Shown here: positions 38,644 to 47,553 of the stretch, piece by piece
Position numbering within the stretch: position 1 is the first letter of the stretch
Layout of the letters: each line of letters opens with the position of its first letter
Origin: an uncultured Devosia sp.
GTDB taxonomy: Bacteria; Pseudomonadota; Alphaproteobacteria; Rhizobiales; Devosiaceae
Direction: 5' to 3'
Assembly: GCA_965650055.1 (NCBI GenBank)
Contig: CBFGMY010000001.1
Span: 1-56,926, forward strand
DNA length: 56,926 bases
Position numbers and translations under genes: made by a program
The notes under the pieces: model-generated
The model's database searches: none
Told to the model about the DNA's origin: nothing
The model's input: only the letters and a program-made list of their open reading frames with translations

Positions 38644-39676
38644 CGGATCGACGCCCAGCTACGGCATCGAAATCAAGGGGCTGTCCAAGATCTTCGGCGC
38701 CAACCCCGATCGCATCGTGCCGCTGCTGCAGAGCGGCATGAGCAAGAAGGAAATTCTTGAGGACCACAAGCATGTGCTTGGCCTCAACGACATCAACATC
38801 GCAATGCCCGCGGGATGTATCCAGGTCATCATGGGCCTGTCGGGCTCGGGCAAGTCGACGCTGATCCGCCACATCAACCGGCTGGTTGACCCCAGCGTCG
38901 GCGAAGTGCTCGTCGACGGGGTCGATGTCTGCAAGATGTCGCCCAAGCAATTGCGAGAGTTCCGCCGGCACAAGACGGCGATGGTGTTTCAGCAGTTTGG
39001 TCTGCTGCCCCACCGCAACGTGCTGGAAAATGCGGTTTACGGCCTCGAGCTGCAAGGCGTGCCGCGCAGCAGGCAGGTGGAAGCCGCCATGCACTGGCTC
39101 GAGCGCGTCGGCCTCAAGGGCTTCGAGGAGCGCTATCCCAACCAGCTGTCGGGCGGCATGCAGCAGCGCGTCGGCCTGGCCCGCGCCCTCGCCAACGATG
39201 CCCCTATCCTGCTGATGGACGAGGCCTTTTCCGCCCTTGACCCGCTCATCCGGGTCGACATGCAGTCCATCCTGCTCGATCTCCAGAAGGAGATCAAAAA
39301 GACCATCGTCTTCATCACCCACGATCTTGACGAGGCCCTCCGGCTTGGCGACCGCATCGCCATCCTGCGTGATGGTGAGGTCATCCAGCAGGGCACCGGG
39401 CAGGAAATCGTGCTCCGGCCCGCGGACGAATACATCGCCAAGTTCGTGCATCACGTGAACCGCGGCAAGGTCGTCCAGATTCAGACGATCATGGATTCCA
39501 GCCAGCAGGCCGATACTTCATCCGGCATCGAACTGCCGGCGGAGACGGTACTGGAAAAGGCCGTGTCGGCCCTGCTATCGTCTGATAAGCAGGTCGCGGT
39601 CGTCGTTGACGACCACGGCGGCAAACTGGGGACAATCACGCTCCAGCAACTGGTTGCAGCCATGGTTGCGAACTGA
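38636..39676 (+). CDS. betaine ABC transporter ATP-binding protein (ProV-like)
   Basis: GLSGSGKST, LSGGMQQRVGLARA, LMDEAFSALDP, C-terminal CBS-like segment. Confidence 0.9.
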   Translation: MADGSTPSYGIEIKGLSKIFGANPDRIVPLLQSGMSKKEILEDHKHVLGLNDINIAMPAGCIQVIMGLSGSGKSTLIRHINRLVDPSVGEVLVDGVDVCKMSPKQLREFRRHKTAMVFQQFGLLPHRNVLENAVYGLELQGVPRSRQVEAAMHWLERVGLKGFEERYPNQLSGGMQQRVGLARALANDAPILLMDEAFSALDPLIRVDMQSILLDLQKEIKKTIVFITHDLDEALRLGDRIAILRDGEVIQQGTGQEIVLRPADEYIAKFVHHVNRGKVVQIQTIMDSSQQADTSSGIELPAETVLEKAVSALLSSDKQVAVVVDDHGGKLGTITLQQLVAAMVAN

Positions 39677-39696
39677 ACGCATTAGGACAAGGCTGA

Positions 39697-41361
39697 ATGG
39701 TTGAGCTGGCGGATCTGCCCGAACGCGAAAGCATGGAGTTCGACGTCGTCATCGTTGGCGCGGGCCCGGCCGGGCTCGCCGCGGCTATCAGGCTCAAGCA
39801 GGTCAACCCCGACCTGTCCGTCGTGGTGCTGGAGAAAGCCGCGGAAGTCGGCGCCCATATCCTGTCGGGTGCCGTGGTTGATCCTTCGGGCATCGACCGC
39901 CTGTTGCCAGGCTGGCGCGATGAGACCGACCATCCCTTCAAGACCGCCGTCACCGACGATCGGTTCATGGTACTGGGCCGGAAAAGCGCGCTGCGCATTC
40001 CGAACTTCCTGATGCCGCCGTTGATGAACAACCATGGCAACTACATCGTCTCGCTGGGCCAGGTCTGTCGCTGGCTCGCCGCGAAGGCCGAGGCACTGGG
40101 CGTCGACATCTATCCCGGCTTTGCCGCTGCGGAAGTCCTCTACGACGACAAGGGCGCTGTCGCGGGCGTCGCCACGGGCGACATGGGCATCGAGAAGAAT
40201 GGCGAGCCCGGCCCCAACTACACGCGCGGCATGGCGCTGCTGGGCAAGTACACCCTGATCGGCGAAGGTGTACGCGGCTCGCTGGCCAAGCAGCTTATCG
40301 CCCGCTTTGCCCTCGACAAGGATCGCGAGCCGGCCAAATTCGGCATCGGGCTCAAGGAACTCTGGGAGGTTGCCCCCGAGAACCACAAGCCGGGCCTGGT
40401 CCAGCACTCTTTCGGCTGGCCGCTGGATATGAAGACCGGAGGGGGTTCGTTCCTCTATCACCTCGAGAATAACCTCGTTGCCGTGGGCTTCGTGGTGCAC
40501 CTCAACTACAAAAACCCCTACCTCTACCCCTTCGAGGAATTCCAGCGCTTCAAGACGCATCCGGCGATCGCCGGGACCTTCAAGGGTGCCACGCGCCTGT
40601 CCTATGGCGCGCGGGCTATTACCGAAGGCGGCTATCAGTCCGTTCCCAAGCTGTCCTTCCCCGGCGGCGCCCTGATCGGCTGCTCGGCAGGCCTCGTCAA
40701 CGTTCCGCGCATTAAGGGCAGCCACAATGCGGTGCATTCGGGCATGCTGGCCGCCGAGCAGATCGCCAGCGCCATTGCCGCAGGCCGAGCCAACGATGAT
40801 GTCACGAGCATCGAGGACAGCTGGCGCGCCGGCCCTATCGGCAAGGACCTTTATCAGGTCCGCAACGTCAAACCGCTCTGGTCCAGATTCGGCACCATCC
40901 TTGGCGTCGGCCTTGGCGGTTTTGACATGTGGCTCAACCAGCTGGTCGGCTTCTCGCTCTTCGGTACGCTCAAGCACGGCAAGACCGACGCCCAGTCGCT
41001 GGAGCCGGCGGCGATGCACAGCAAGATCGACTATCCAAAGCCGGACGGCGTGCTGACCTTCGACCGCCTGTCATCGGTGTTCCTGTCCAACACGAACCAC
41101 GACGAGAACCAGCCCAGCCACCTCCAGCTCAAAGACCCTGCCCTGCAGCAGCGTTCCGAGCTTGAGGTCTTCGGCGGCCCCTCGACCCGCTACTGCCCCG
41201 CCAGCGTATACGAATGGACCGAGCGAGAGGGCGTGCCGACCTACGTCATCAACGCGCAGAACTGCGTCCACTGCAAGACATGCGACATCAAGGACCCCAA
41301 CCAGAACATCAATTGGGTCCCCCCACAGGGCGGTGAGGGTCCCGTTTACGCCAACATGTAG
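39697..41361 (+). CDS. electron transfer flavoprotein:ubiquinone oxidoreductase
   Basis: GAGPAGL, GAHILSGA, RIKGSHNA, RYCPA, NCVHCKTCDIKDP. Confidence 0.94.
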   Translation: MVELADLPERESMEFDVVIVGAGPAGLAAAIRLKQVNPDLSVVVLEKAAEVGAHILSGAVVDPSGIDRLLPGWRDETDHPFKTAVTDDRFMVLGRKSALRIPNFLMPPLMNNHGNYIVSLGQVCRWLAAKAEALGVDIYPGFAAAEVLYDDKGAVAGVATGDMGIEKNGEPGPNYTRGMALLGKYTLIGEGVRGSLAKQLIARFALDKDREPAKFGIGLKELWEVAPENHKPGLVQHSFGWPLDMKTGGGSFLYHLENNLVAVGFVVHLNYKNPYLYPFEEFQRFKTHPAIAGTFKGATRLSYGARAITEGGYQSVPKLSFPGGALIGCSAGLVNVPRIKGSHNAVHSGMLAAEQIASAIAAGRANDDVTSIEDSWRAGPIGKDLYQVRNVKPLWSRFGTILGVGLGGFDMWLNQLVGFSLFGTLKHGKTDAQSLEPAAMHSKIDYPKPDGVLTFDRLSSVFLSNTNHDENQPSHLQLKDPALQQRSELEVFGGPSTRYCPASVYEWTEREGVPTYVINAQNCVHCKTCDIKDPNQNINWVPPQGGEGPVYANM

Positions 41362-41662
41362 TCGACCGGCGGGCAGCAGGGGACGCTGCCCCTGGCATTT
41401 CCCTGCTGGGCTCGAAATGACCCGCCAAGGCCCTCCCACCGCCGCGGGCGCAGCCGACAGGAATGATGTGCCCTTGCCAGGCGAGCCCGGGGATGTCACC
41501 CCGGCGCTCGAGGCGGACAATATCCCCGAGGCGGAGCGGGCGGAGGGGGCGGAGGGAGCTTGCTAAAATTGCATGGAGCCGGTTGGGGTGCCGCTAACGG
41601 CGTTTCACCCTGGCCGCGGCGCCTTAAGATTTCGGCAAGACGGCGACCGCTAGCTGATCGGC

Positions 41663-41944
41663 ATGCGTGATATTACTACCCTCCTCGCCGGCAAGTCGGC
41701 ACTGCGGCTCGAGCGCAGAATTGCCCCGCGCCGCAATACGGCCATCGAAGCCACCATCACCTTCGGTCATGTCCGCATGAACTGCATCATCCGTAACGTG
41801 TCCGATACGGGTGCAAAGCTGGAAGTGGCCAAGGTTGCCGGCATCCCCGACGTGGTCCTGCTGCATGCGCCCGGTCACCGGCCGCAAACCTGCCGCGTGG
41901 CGTGGCGGGCGCTCAAGGAATTGGGCGTGGAATACCGGGACTAA
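41663..41944 (+). CDS. PilZ-domain protein
   Basis: ERRIAPRR (RxxxR), NVSDTGAKL (D/NxSxxG), CRVAWR...LGVEY. Confidence 0.8.
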   Translation: MRDITTLLAGKSALRLERRIAPRRNTAIEATITFGHVRMNCIIRNVSDTGAKLEVAKVAGIPDVVLLHAPGHRPQTCRVAWRALKELGVEYRD

Positions 41945-42357
41945 AAATCGAAGCCCATCTGGGAAGACGCTTTCGGCGCTGGCTGCGGCGCCGGTGCCTG
42001 CGGAGTCGTAGGGACCACCACCGGCTTGGCGGCAGCCCGGACGGCTTTGGTCACCACCTGCTTGGCCACCACCTGTTTGGCCTCCGGCTTTGCCGTCGTC
42101 GCCTGCACCCCGTCGAGCCAATCGCGCACGGGCTTCAGCCTGTTGGCATGGAGGGCATAGCGGTTCTCCCGCCCGGTCTTTTTCTCGCTGATCAGCCTGG
42201 CCTGCTTGAGCACGCGCAGATGGCGCGAGATTGCCGGGCGACTGATGTCGAACGACCCTGCCAGCACGTGCACAGGCTGGGGACCCTGGTGGAGGATTTC
42301 AATGATGCGGCAACGTGTTGGATCGGCGAGAGCGACCAGGACGGCAATGGGCGGCAT
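41941..42357 (-). CDS. ArsR/SmtB-family regulator with low-complexity C-terminal tail
   Basis: ALADPTRCRII, ISRPAISRHLRVL, GRENRYAL; start uncertain (ATG 42357). Confidence 0.85.
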   Translation of the reverse strand: MPPIAVLVALADPTRCRIIEILHQGPQPVHVLAGSFDISRPAISRHLRVLKQARLISEKKTGRENRYALHANRLKPVRDWLDGVQATTAKPEAKQVVAKQVVTKAVRAAAKPVVVPTTPQAPAPQPAPKASSQMGFDF

Positions 42358-42388
42358 GGAAAATCCGTAGCGGTTCACTGCTGCAGTA

Positions 42389-42404
42389 GTAACGGTGACG
42401 TTAC
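42389..42404. promoter_or_regulatory. probable ArsR autoregulatory operator GTAACG-GTGA-CGTTAC
   Basis: Perfect 6-bp-arm palindrome filling the 17-bp spacer of a minus-strand TTGACG-N17-TACTGC promoter upstream of the ArsR gene. Confidence 0.6.
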
Positions 42405-42536
42405 CCGTCAAGCGCGTGTCTTGTCGGGCAACCGGTTATTCACCAGATGCGTTGAGTTGGCCTCACGATATGCTGGAACGACCGCGGCTCTGCAATAATC
42501 TGGTCACTTCCTTGCGCAACAGTTGGGGACAAGGAG

Positions 42537-43226
42537 ATGCCCGTGCAGAAATTGGCGACGCGATATTCCTGGTGGAGCCGCGAACAGCGGCCGTTCACTC
42601 GTGCCGAGCTGGTGGTGGACGGCGTCGTCCACGTGCTCGGGCTGGTCGTCGCCATTGCTGCCGGCTCGATCCTGCTGGCGTTTGCGATTCTCGAAACCGC
42701 GCCCGAAGTTGCGCCGGCGCTGGTGGTCTATGTCGGTTCGCTCGTGGCCGTGCTGGGCGTTTCGCTGGCCTATAACCTGTGGCCGGTCTCGCCCATCAAG
42801 AAGCTGCTGGCGCGGTTCGACCAGGCAGCCATTTTCCTCTTCATTGCCGGGACCTATACGCCCTTCCTCGCCGTGCTGGGCGGCACCACGGCTGGGGTGC
42901 TGATGACGACCTTCGTGTGGGGCGCGTCCCTCGTCGGGGTGGCGCTCAAGCTCATCGTGCCCGAACGCTTCGGTCGGTTAGCTATCGCGCTCTATCTGGC
43001 CATCGGCTGGAGCGGCGTGCTGGTGTTTCAGTCGCTGGCGCAGACCTTGCCGGCGACGACCATGTGGCTGCTGCTGGCCGGCGGCATCACCTATTCGCTG
43101 GGGATCGTCTTCCATCTGTGGGAGAGGCTCAAGTTCCAGAATGCGCTATGGCACGTCTTTGTGGTGACGGGCGCCAGCCTGCATCTATGGGCCGTCATCG
43201 ACTGCATGGTCATCCACCGGCTCTAG
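42537..43226 (+). CDS. hemolysin III / PAQR family membrane protein
   Basis: SLAYN, DQAAIFLFIAGTYTP, YLAIGW, LWHVFV. Confidence 0.88.
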   Translation: MPVQKLATRYSWWSREQRPFTRAELVVDGVVHVLGLVVAIAAGSILLAFAILETAPEVAPALVVYVGSLVAVLGVSLAYNLWPVSPIKKLLARFDQAAIFLFIAGTYTPFLAVLGGTTAGVLMTTFVWGASLVGVALKLIVPERFGRLAIALYLAIGWSGVLVFQSLAQTLPATTMWLLLAGGITYSLGIVFHLWERLKFQNALWHVFVVTGASLHLWAVIDCMVIHRL

Positions 43227-43705
43227 TTGGCAGCCTTGCCGACCAGCGCGTGGTCCATCGTATCGCCGGGCTTGAGGCCGATTTCCACCGAGCGGCCGCC
43301 CGGGATTTCCAGCACGAACTGCACCGGCACTTCCGAGGGAATGGAAGTGACATCGTGCGGACGGGCGTTGACGTGGATGGTCTTCACCACGCCGTCGGCG
43401 CCGACGAAGATCATATCGAGCGGGATGAAGGTGTTGCGCATCCAGAAGGACACTTCCCGCTCTTCCTTGAAGTCGAACAGCATGCCGGCGTCATCGGCCA
43501 GTTCCTGGACGAACATCAGGCCCTTGGCCCTGGATTCGGGTGTGTCGACCACCTCTACGTTGAAGCTGTAATCGCCGGTGGATGAGTGCAGCATGAGCTT
43601 GCCCTCATCGCTGCAGGCGGCCAGTGGCAGGGCCACGACGGCAACGGCCATTGCCACCGCGGCGCGGCGCAGCACCGGGGCGAGGCCTTGGGCAAACATG
43701 GTCAT
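43223..43705 (-). CDS. DUF192 family exported protein
   Basis: RAKGLMF, GMLFDF, FWMRNTFIPLDMIF, VLEIPGG; signal peptide LAAC; start uncertain. Confidence 0.85.
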   Translation of the reverse strand: MTMFAQGLAPVLRRAAVAMAVAVVALPLAACSDEGKLMLHSSTGDYSFNVEVVDTPESRAKGLMFVQELADDAGMLFDFKEEREVSFWMRNTFIPLDMIFVGADGVVKTIHVNARPHDVTSIPSEVPVQFVLEIPGGRSVEIGLKPGDTMDHALVGKAAN

Positions 43706-43715
43706 GAGGCGTATC

Positions 43716-44339
43716 CTAGTGGGAAGACGGAGCGTCGCCCCAACCGTCGGGCCGGATTTCGGCGACCATAAGGCCCTTGGGGCCATTGCCATAGCGCACC
43801 AGCACATATTGGCCGGGGCGGAGTTCGGTAATGCCGAAGCGGCGCAGGGTTTCCATATGGACGAAAATGTCGGGCGTGCCCTCGCCGGCCGAGAGGAAGC
43901 CGAAGCCACGGATGCGGTTGAACCACTTCACCTCGAGGCGAACCATGCCCGAAGTCGGTTCCACCACCACGTGGGTGCGCGGCGCTGGCATCTGGGCGGG
44001 ATGGCGGGCGGTCGATTCGTCCATCGAGACGATGCGGAACGCCTGCAGGCCACCTGGGCGATTGAGCGCCTCGACAACAATGCGCGCGCCCTCATAGGCC
44101 GTCTGGTAGCCGTCGCGGCGCAGGCAGGTCACATGCAGCAGCACATCGGGCATGCCATTGTCAGGGACGATGAAACCGAAGCCCTTGCCGGCATCGAACC
44201 ACTTGATGGCGCCGGAGACTTCGATCGTCGCGTCGGGCCCGGCATCCGCCGAGGACAGGGCGTCGCCGCGATTGGCCGATCCTGTCTCTGCGGACAGCAT
44301 CGCCCCGTCGTCGCCTTCGCCAGTGAACTTGGCCCCCAT
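43716..44339 (-). CDS. cold-shock protein with two CSD domains
   Basis: KWFDAGKGFGF...DVLLH and KWFNRIRGFGF...DIFVH. Confidence 0.9.
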   Translation of the reverse strand: MGAKFTGEGDDGAMLSAETGSANRGDALSSADAGPDATIEVSGAIKWFDAGKGFGFIVPDNGMPDVLLHVTCLRRDGYQTAYEGARIVVEALNRPGGLQAFRIVSMDESTARHPAQMPAPRTHVVVEPTSGMVRLEVKWFNRIRGFGFLSAGEGTPDIFVHMETLRRFGITELRPGQYVLVRYGNGPKGLMVAEIRPDGWGDAPSSH

Positions 44340-44515
44340 AGTCCCAAAGCCCTTTTTACTCGCCTCGCCGCCGCGAGGTACTCCACAAGACACCTGTCAT
44401 ACTCTGTCCGATTCAAGGCCGGTTGTTAAGACTTTGTTTGGAATTGCACCGGTTGCGGCGCGCGATATGGCTTGCTAGGCCACCTGCAACGATTTCACCA
44501 ATGAGGAGAAGTGCC

Positions 44516-44932
44516 ATGAAATACCTGCACACCATGGTTCGGGTGACCAATGTCGAGGAAAGCCTGCGCTTCTACTGTGAGGGACTGGGGCTGGAGGAGG
44601 TCCGCCGCACCGAGAACGAGAAGGGGCGCTTCACGCTGATCTTCCTCAAGGCGCCCGGCGATGCCGGCGGCGAAGTCGAGCTGACCTATAACTGGGACCC
44701 CGAGGACTATACCGGCGGGCGCAATTTCGGCCACCTGGCCTATCGCGTGCAGGATATCTATGGGCTGTGCCAGCATCTGAGCGACATGGGCGTCGTCATC
44801 AACCGCCCGCCGCGCGACGGGCATATGGCTTTCGTGCGCTCGCCGGACGGGATCTCGGTCGAGCTGATCCAGGACGGCACCCTGCCCCCGCAGGAACCCT
44901 GGCTGTCCATGCCCAATACCGGCAAGTGGTAG
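44516..44932 (+). CDS. gloA: lactoylglutathione lyase / VOC family protein
   Basis: YLHTMVRV, ELTYNW, NFGHLAY, AFVRSPDGISVEL; GAGGAG RBS. Confidence 0.85.
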   Translation: MKYLHTMVRVTNVEESLRFYCEGLGLEEVRRTENEKGRFTLIFLKAPGDAGGEVELTYNWDPEDYTGGRNFGHLAYRVQDIYGLCQHLSDMGVVINRPPRDGHMAFVRSPDGISVELIQDGTLPPQEPWLSMPNTGKW

Positions 44933-45074
44933 GGCTCAACCGGGCACAGCGTTAGCGTTTCGCTAACCGTCGCGCTTAGCCGGTGGTTAGCGAAACCGCT
45001 GGTATTTTAGCGACTTCACAGAACGGGCCATTGCCTGTTGCGCCAAGGCAACAGGCGGTCCCTCGGAAGCCGCC

Positions 45075-45551
45075 ATGCATACCACTGCCCGATCCATTGC
45101 CGCCCTGGTGATCACCGCATTCATGCTGGCGGCCTGCGCGCCGCTGGCCATGTTCGCCAGTTCCAGCGGCGCGGGCTATGCCGGCAAGCGCAACGACTGG
45201 GGCACGTTCGTCTCGAGCCGCGAAGTCAACGCGTTCTGCATCACGCCCAAGCTGCGGTTTCTCATCTGGGAATTCGAGGGTCACTTCGGCAAGAAGGTGA
45301 TCATGAATTCGGGCTATCGCGACGACCAGCACAATTCGGCAGCCGGCGGAGCCGATAATTCCTACCACACCAAGTGCATGGCCGCCGATTTCTACATTCC
45401 GGGCGTCGACAAGAGCCAGCTTATCGCCTTTGCGCTCAATAGCGGCAGCGTGGGCGGGCTGGGCTGCTATCCGGGCCGGCAGTTCATCCATGTCGACGTG
45501 CGCGACCGGCCGCGCGGCTACAACCGCCCCGTGACCTTCTCGGGCTGTTAA
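45075..45551 (+). CDS. peptidase M15 (D-Ala-D-Ala carboxypeptidase / YcbK-like) lipoprotein
   Basis: LAAC lipobox, SGYR, SYH...AAD, FIHVD zinc motifs. Confidence 0.85.
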   Translation: MHTTARSIAALVITAFMLAACAPLAMFASSSGAGYAGKRNDWGTFVSSREVNAFCITPKLRFLIWEFEGHFGKKVIMNSGYRDDQHNSAAGGADNSYHTKCMAADFYIPGVDKSQLIAFALNSGSVGGLGCYPGRQFIHVDVRDRPRGYNRPVTFSGC

Positions 45552-45578
45552 AAAAATCCCGATTGCGCCAACAGGGGG

Positions 45579-45607
45579 TTGCGCATCACAAATCACCCAA
45601 CTATACG
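45579..45607 (+). promoter_or_regulatory. sigma70-type promoter of the tRNA pair
   Basis: TTGCGC-N17-TATACG, 15 bp before the first tRNA. Confidence 0.55.
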
Positions 45608-45622
45608 ACCACCAGCGCTTAG

Positions 45623-45697
45623 GCGCCCTTCGTCTATCGGTTAGGACGGCACCCTTTCACGGTGCAGAGAGGGGTTCGACTCCCCTAGGGCGTACCA
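45623..45697 (+). tRNA. tRNA-Glu (TTC)
   Basis: Acceptor stem GCGCCCT/AGGGCGT, anticodon arm GCACC-CTTTCAC-GGTGC, GTTCGAC T loop, encoded CCA. Confidence 0.95.
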
Positions 45698-45747
45698 TTC
45701 CCTCCCCGAGCGGAATGACATAGACTAAGCCAGAAGTTCCTAGGTCC

Positions 45748-45822
45748 GCGCCCATCGTCTATCGGTCAGGACGGCACCCTCTCACGGTGCAGAGCGGGGT
45801 TCGATTCCCCGTGGGCGTACCA
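45748..45822 (+). tRNA. tRNA-Glu (CTC)
   Basis: Acceptor stem GCGCCCA/TGGGCGT, anticodon arm GCACC-CTCTCAC-GGTGC, GTTCGAT T loop, encoded CCA. Confidence 0.95.
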
Positions 45823-45893
45823 GGAACCTTCCTCCCAAACCAAAGCGGGCGCCCAATGAACTGCTGAGGGTGCTACAGGCGTAGCGGCCGAGA

Positions 45894-46667
45894 TTATATC
45901 TCGAAGCCCTTTAGGAACCCTGGCCGAAAGAGCTCACCGCGGCCCTCCAGTTGGCGATGATCCGGCGCAACAAACGCCACAATCCCGAAAGCCTCGCGAA
46001 ATGCTGCGAAGCATGCGAACAGCGCTTCGTCGTCATCGGCGATCGCCGTCCAGTATCGAAACTGATCTGCAACATGCCACGCGCCTTGCCGAAGCGATCG
46101 AGGATGTCCGAGGCTTTCGAGCATCTCATTGATGGCTGTATTCTCGTCCAATCGTGCATTGGACAACCAATGAGCAGCAACCCCTGCTTCCTGGCCAACA
46201 ACATTCCCCGATGTTTCACGATGGAGTGCCAAGCCGACTCTCGCCGCGAATGCATCCATAACGGGGTGCAGCGGACTGTTCGGCCCCATACGCATTTGGT
46301 GCGCTGGCGCACCTCTATAGCTGGTCTCTTGGTCGCCAACAGAGAACATGTTGCTCGCAAACGCAGGCTTCCACGCAAACAGGGCTTTCACATGATGCAG
46401 AACGTCAGCGCGGCCCTGTTCCGTTGTGGGGTCAGGAAAGATACGGCTAACAACGGCGGCGACCTTATCGATACCGCGCGTCCCATCATGACATTCGGCG
46501 CAAGCACCGAATTCCAAGTTGGGAGGGCGGTGTGCGCCGTCGAAAATGGCAGTTGGAGGACAGTGATCCCGTGACGTTGAGGGGGAAGTCCCGCAATACG
46601 TGCAAACCGGCTGGCTAGCCAGCAGCCTCGCCGTGCGCGACTTTCTCTCCCCCAAGATGGTCCTCAC
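45894..46667 (-). CDS. HNH-endonuclease-like protein with uncharacterised C-terminal domain
   Basis: CTYC...RDHCPP...NL...CAECH (zinc-finger HNH); codon usage and composition look atypical by eye; start uncertain. Confidence 0.7.
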   Translation of the reverse strand: MRTILGERKSRTARLLASQPVCTYCGTSPSTSRDHCPPTAIFDGAHRPPNLEFGACAECHDGTRGIDKVAAVVSRIFPDPTTEQGRADVLHHVKALFAWKPAFASNMFSVGDQETSYRGAPAHQMRMGPNSPLHPVMDAFAARVGLALHRETSGNVVGQEAGVAAHWLSNARLDENTAINEMLESLGHPRSLRQGAWHVADQFRYWTAIADDDEALFACFAAFREAFGIVAFVAPDHRQLEGRGELFRPGFLKGFEI

Positions 46668-46724
46668 CCGATTCTTCGTAGGCCGATGCGCAGAGTGCGC
46701 CGATCTTGAGCAAAAGTCAGGTGG

Positions 46725-47537
46725 CTAGGCGCTCTCCAGCCCCACATGGTGCCTGCCAATCGGCACGATCATCGGCGTGTCCGAGATCGGGTCGATGACC
46801 ACGCGTGACGCCATCCCAAACACATCCGCGACCACCGCCTCCGTCATCACCTCCGCCGGCCGTCCCTCGGCCACCAGCGTCCCCGCCTTCATCGCCACGA
46901 TGTGGTCGGCGTAGCGGCAGGCCAGGTTCAGGTCGTGGAGGACGACGACCACGGTGCGGCCGCTGTGCTTGACGAGGTCCGTCAGCAGGTCGAGCACTTC
47001 AACCTGATGGTTGATGTCGAGGAAGGTGGTGGGCTCGTCGAGCAGCAGCACGTCGGTCTGCTGCGCCAGGGCCATGGCGATCCAGACGCGCTGGCGCTGG
47101 CCGCCGGAGAGTTCGTCGACCGGGCGGTCGGCGATGTCGAGCGTATCAGTCGCGCGCAGGGCCTCGGCGACGGCGGCATCGTCCTCGGGCGTCCAGCGGC
47201 GGAACCAGCCCTGATGCGGATAACGGCCGCGGCCGACGAGGTCAGCGACGACAATGGCGTCGGGCGCGATGGGCGATTGCGGCAGCACGCCGAGGATCGT
47301 GGCGACCTCGCGGGTCGACATCTGGTGGATGGGCTTGCCATCGAGATAGACCGCGCCACGCGTAGGCGCCAGCAGCCGCGCCAGGCCGCGCAGCACGGTG
47401 GATTTGCCACAGGCATTGGCGCCCACGATGACGGTGAGCTTGCCCGGCGGAATGGTGAGGTTGAGGTCGGTAACGACCTTGCGGTCGCCATAGCCGAGAT
47501 CCATGCCGGCGGCGAGAAGCTGGTGGTCAATGGTCAT
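46725..47537 (-). CDS. iron-siderophore ABC transporter ATPase (FepC/FhuC-like)
   Basis: GANACGKST, GRYPHQ, LSGGQRQRVWIAM, LDEPTTFLD. Confidence 0.92.
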   Translation of the reverse strand: MTIDHQLLAAGMDLGYGDRKVVTDLNLTIPPGKLTVIVGANACGKSTVLRGLARLLAPTRGAVYLDGKPIHQMSTREVATILGVLPQSPIAPDAIVVADLVGRGRYPHQGWFRRWTPEDDAAVAEALRATDTLDIADRPVDELSGGQRQRVWIAMALAQQTDVLLLDEPTTFLDINHQVEVLDLLTDLVKHSGRTVVVVLHDLNLACRYADHIVAMKAGTLVAEGRPAEVMTEAVVADVFGMASRVVIDPISDTPMIVPIGRHHVGLESA

Positions 47538-47553
47538 TTCGCGATCCTCTCCA

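Noticed and set aside
41362..41662. Small ORF (MTRQGPP...) or ncRNA after ETF:QO
   Set aside because: No RBS, no motif and no convincing structure.
45823..46724. attL/attR duplication or prophage at the tRNA-Glu genes
   Set aside because: No convincing repeat of the tRNA 3' end and no integrase seen in the window.
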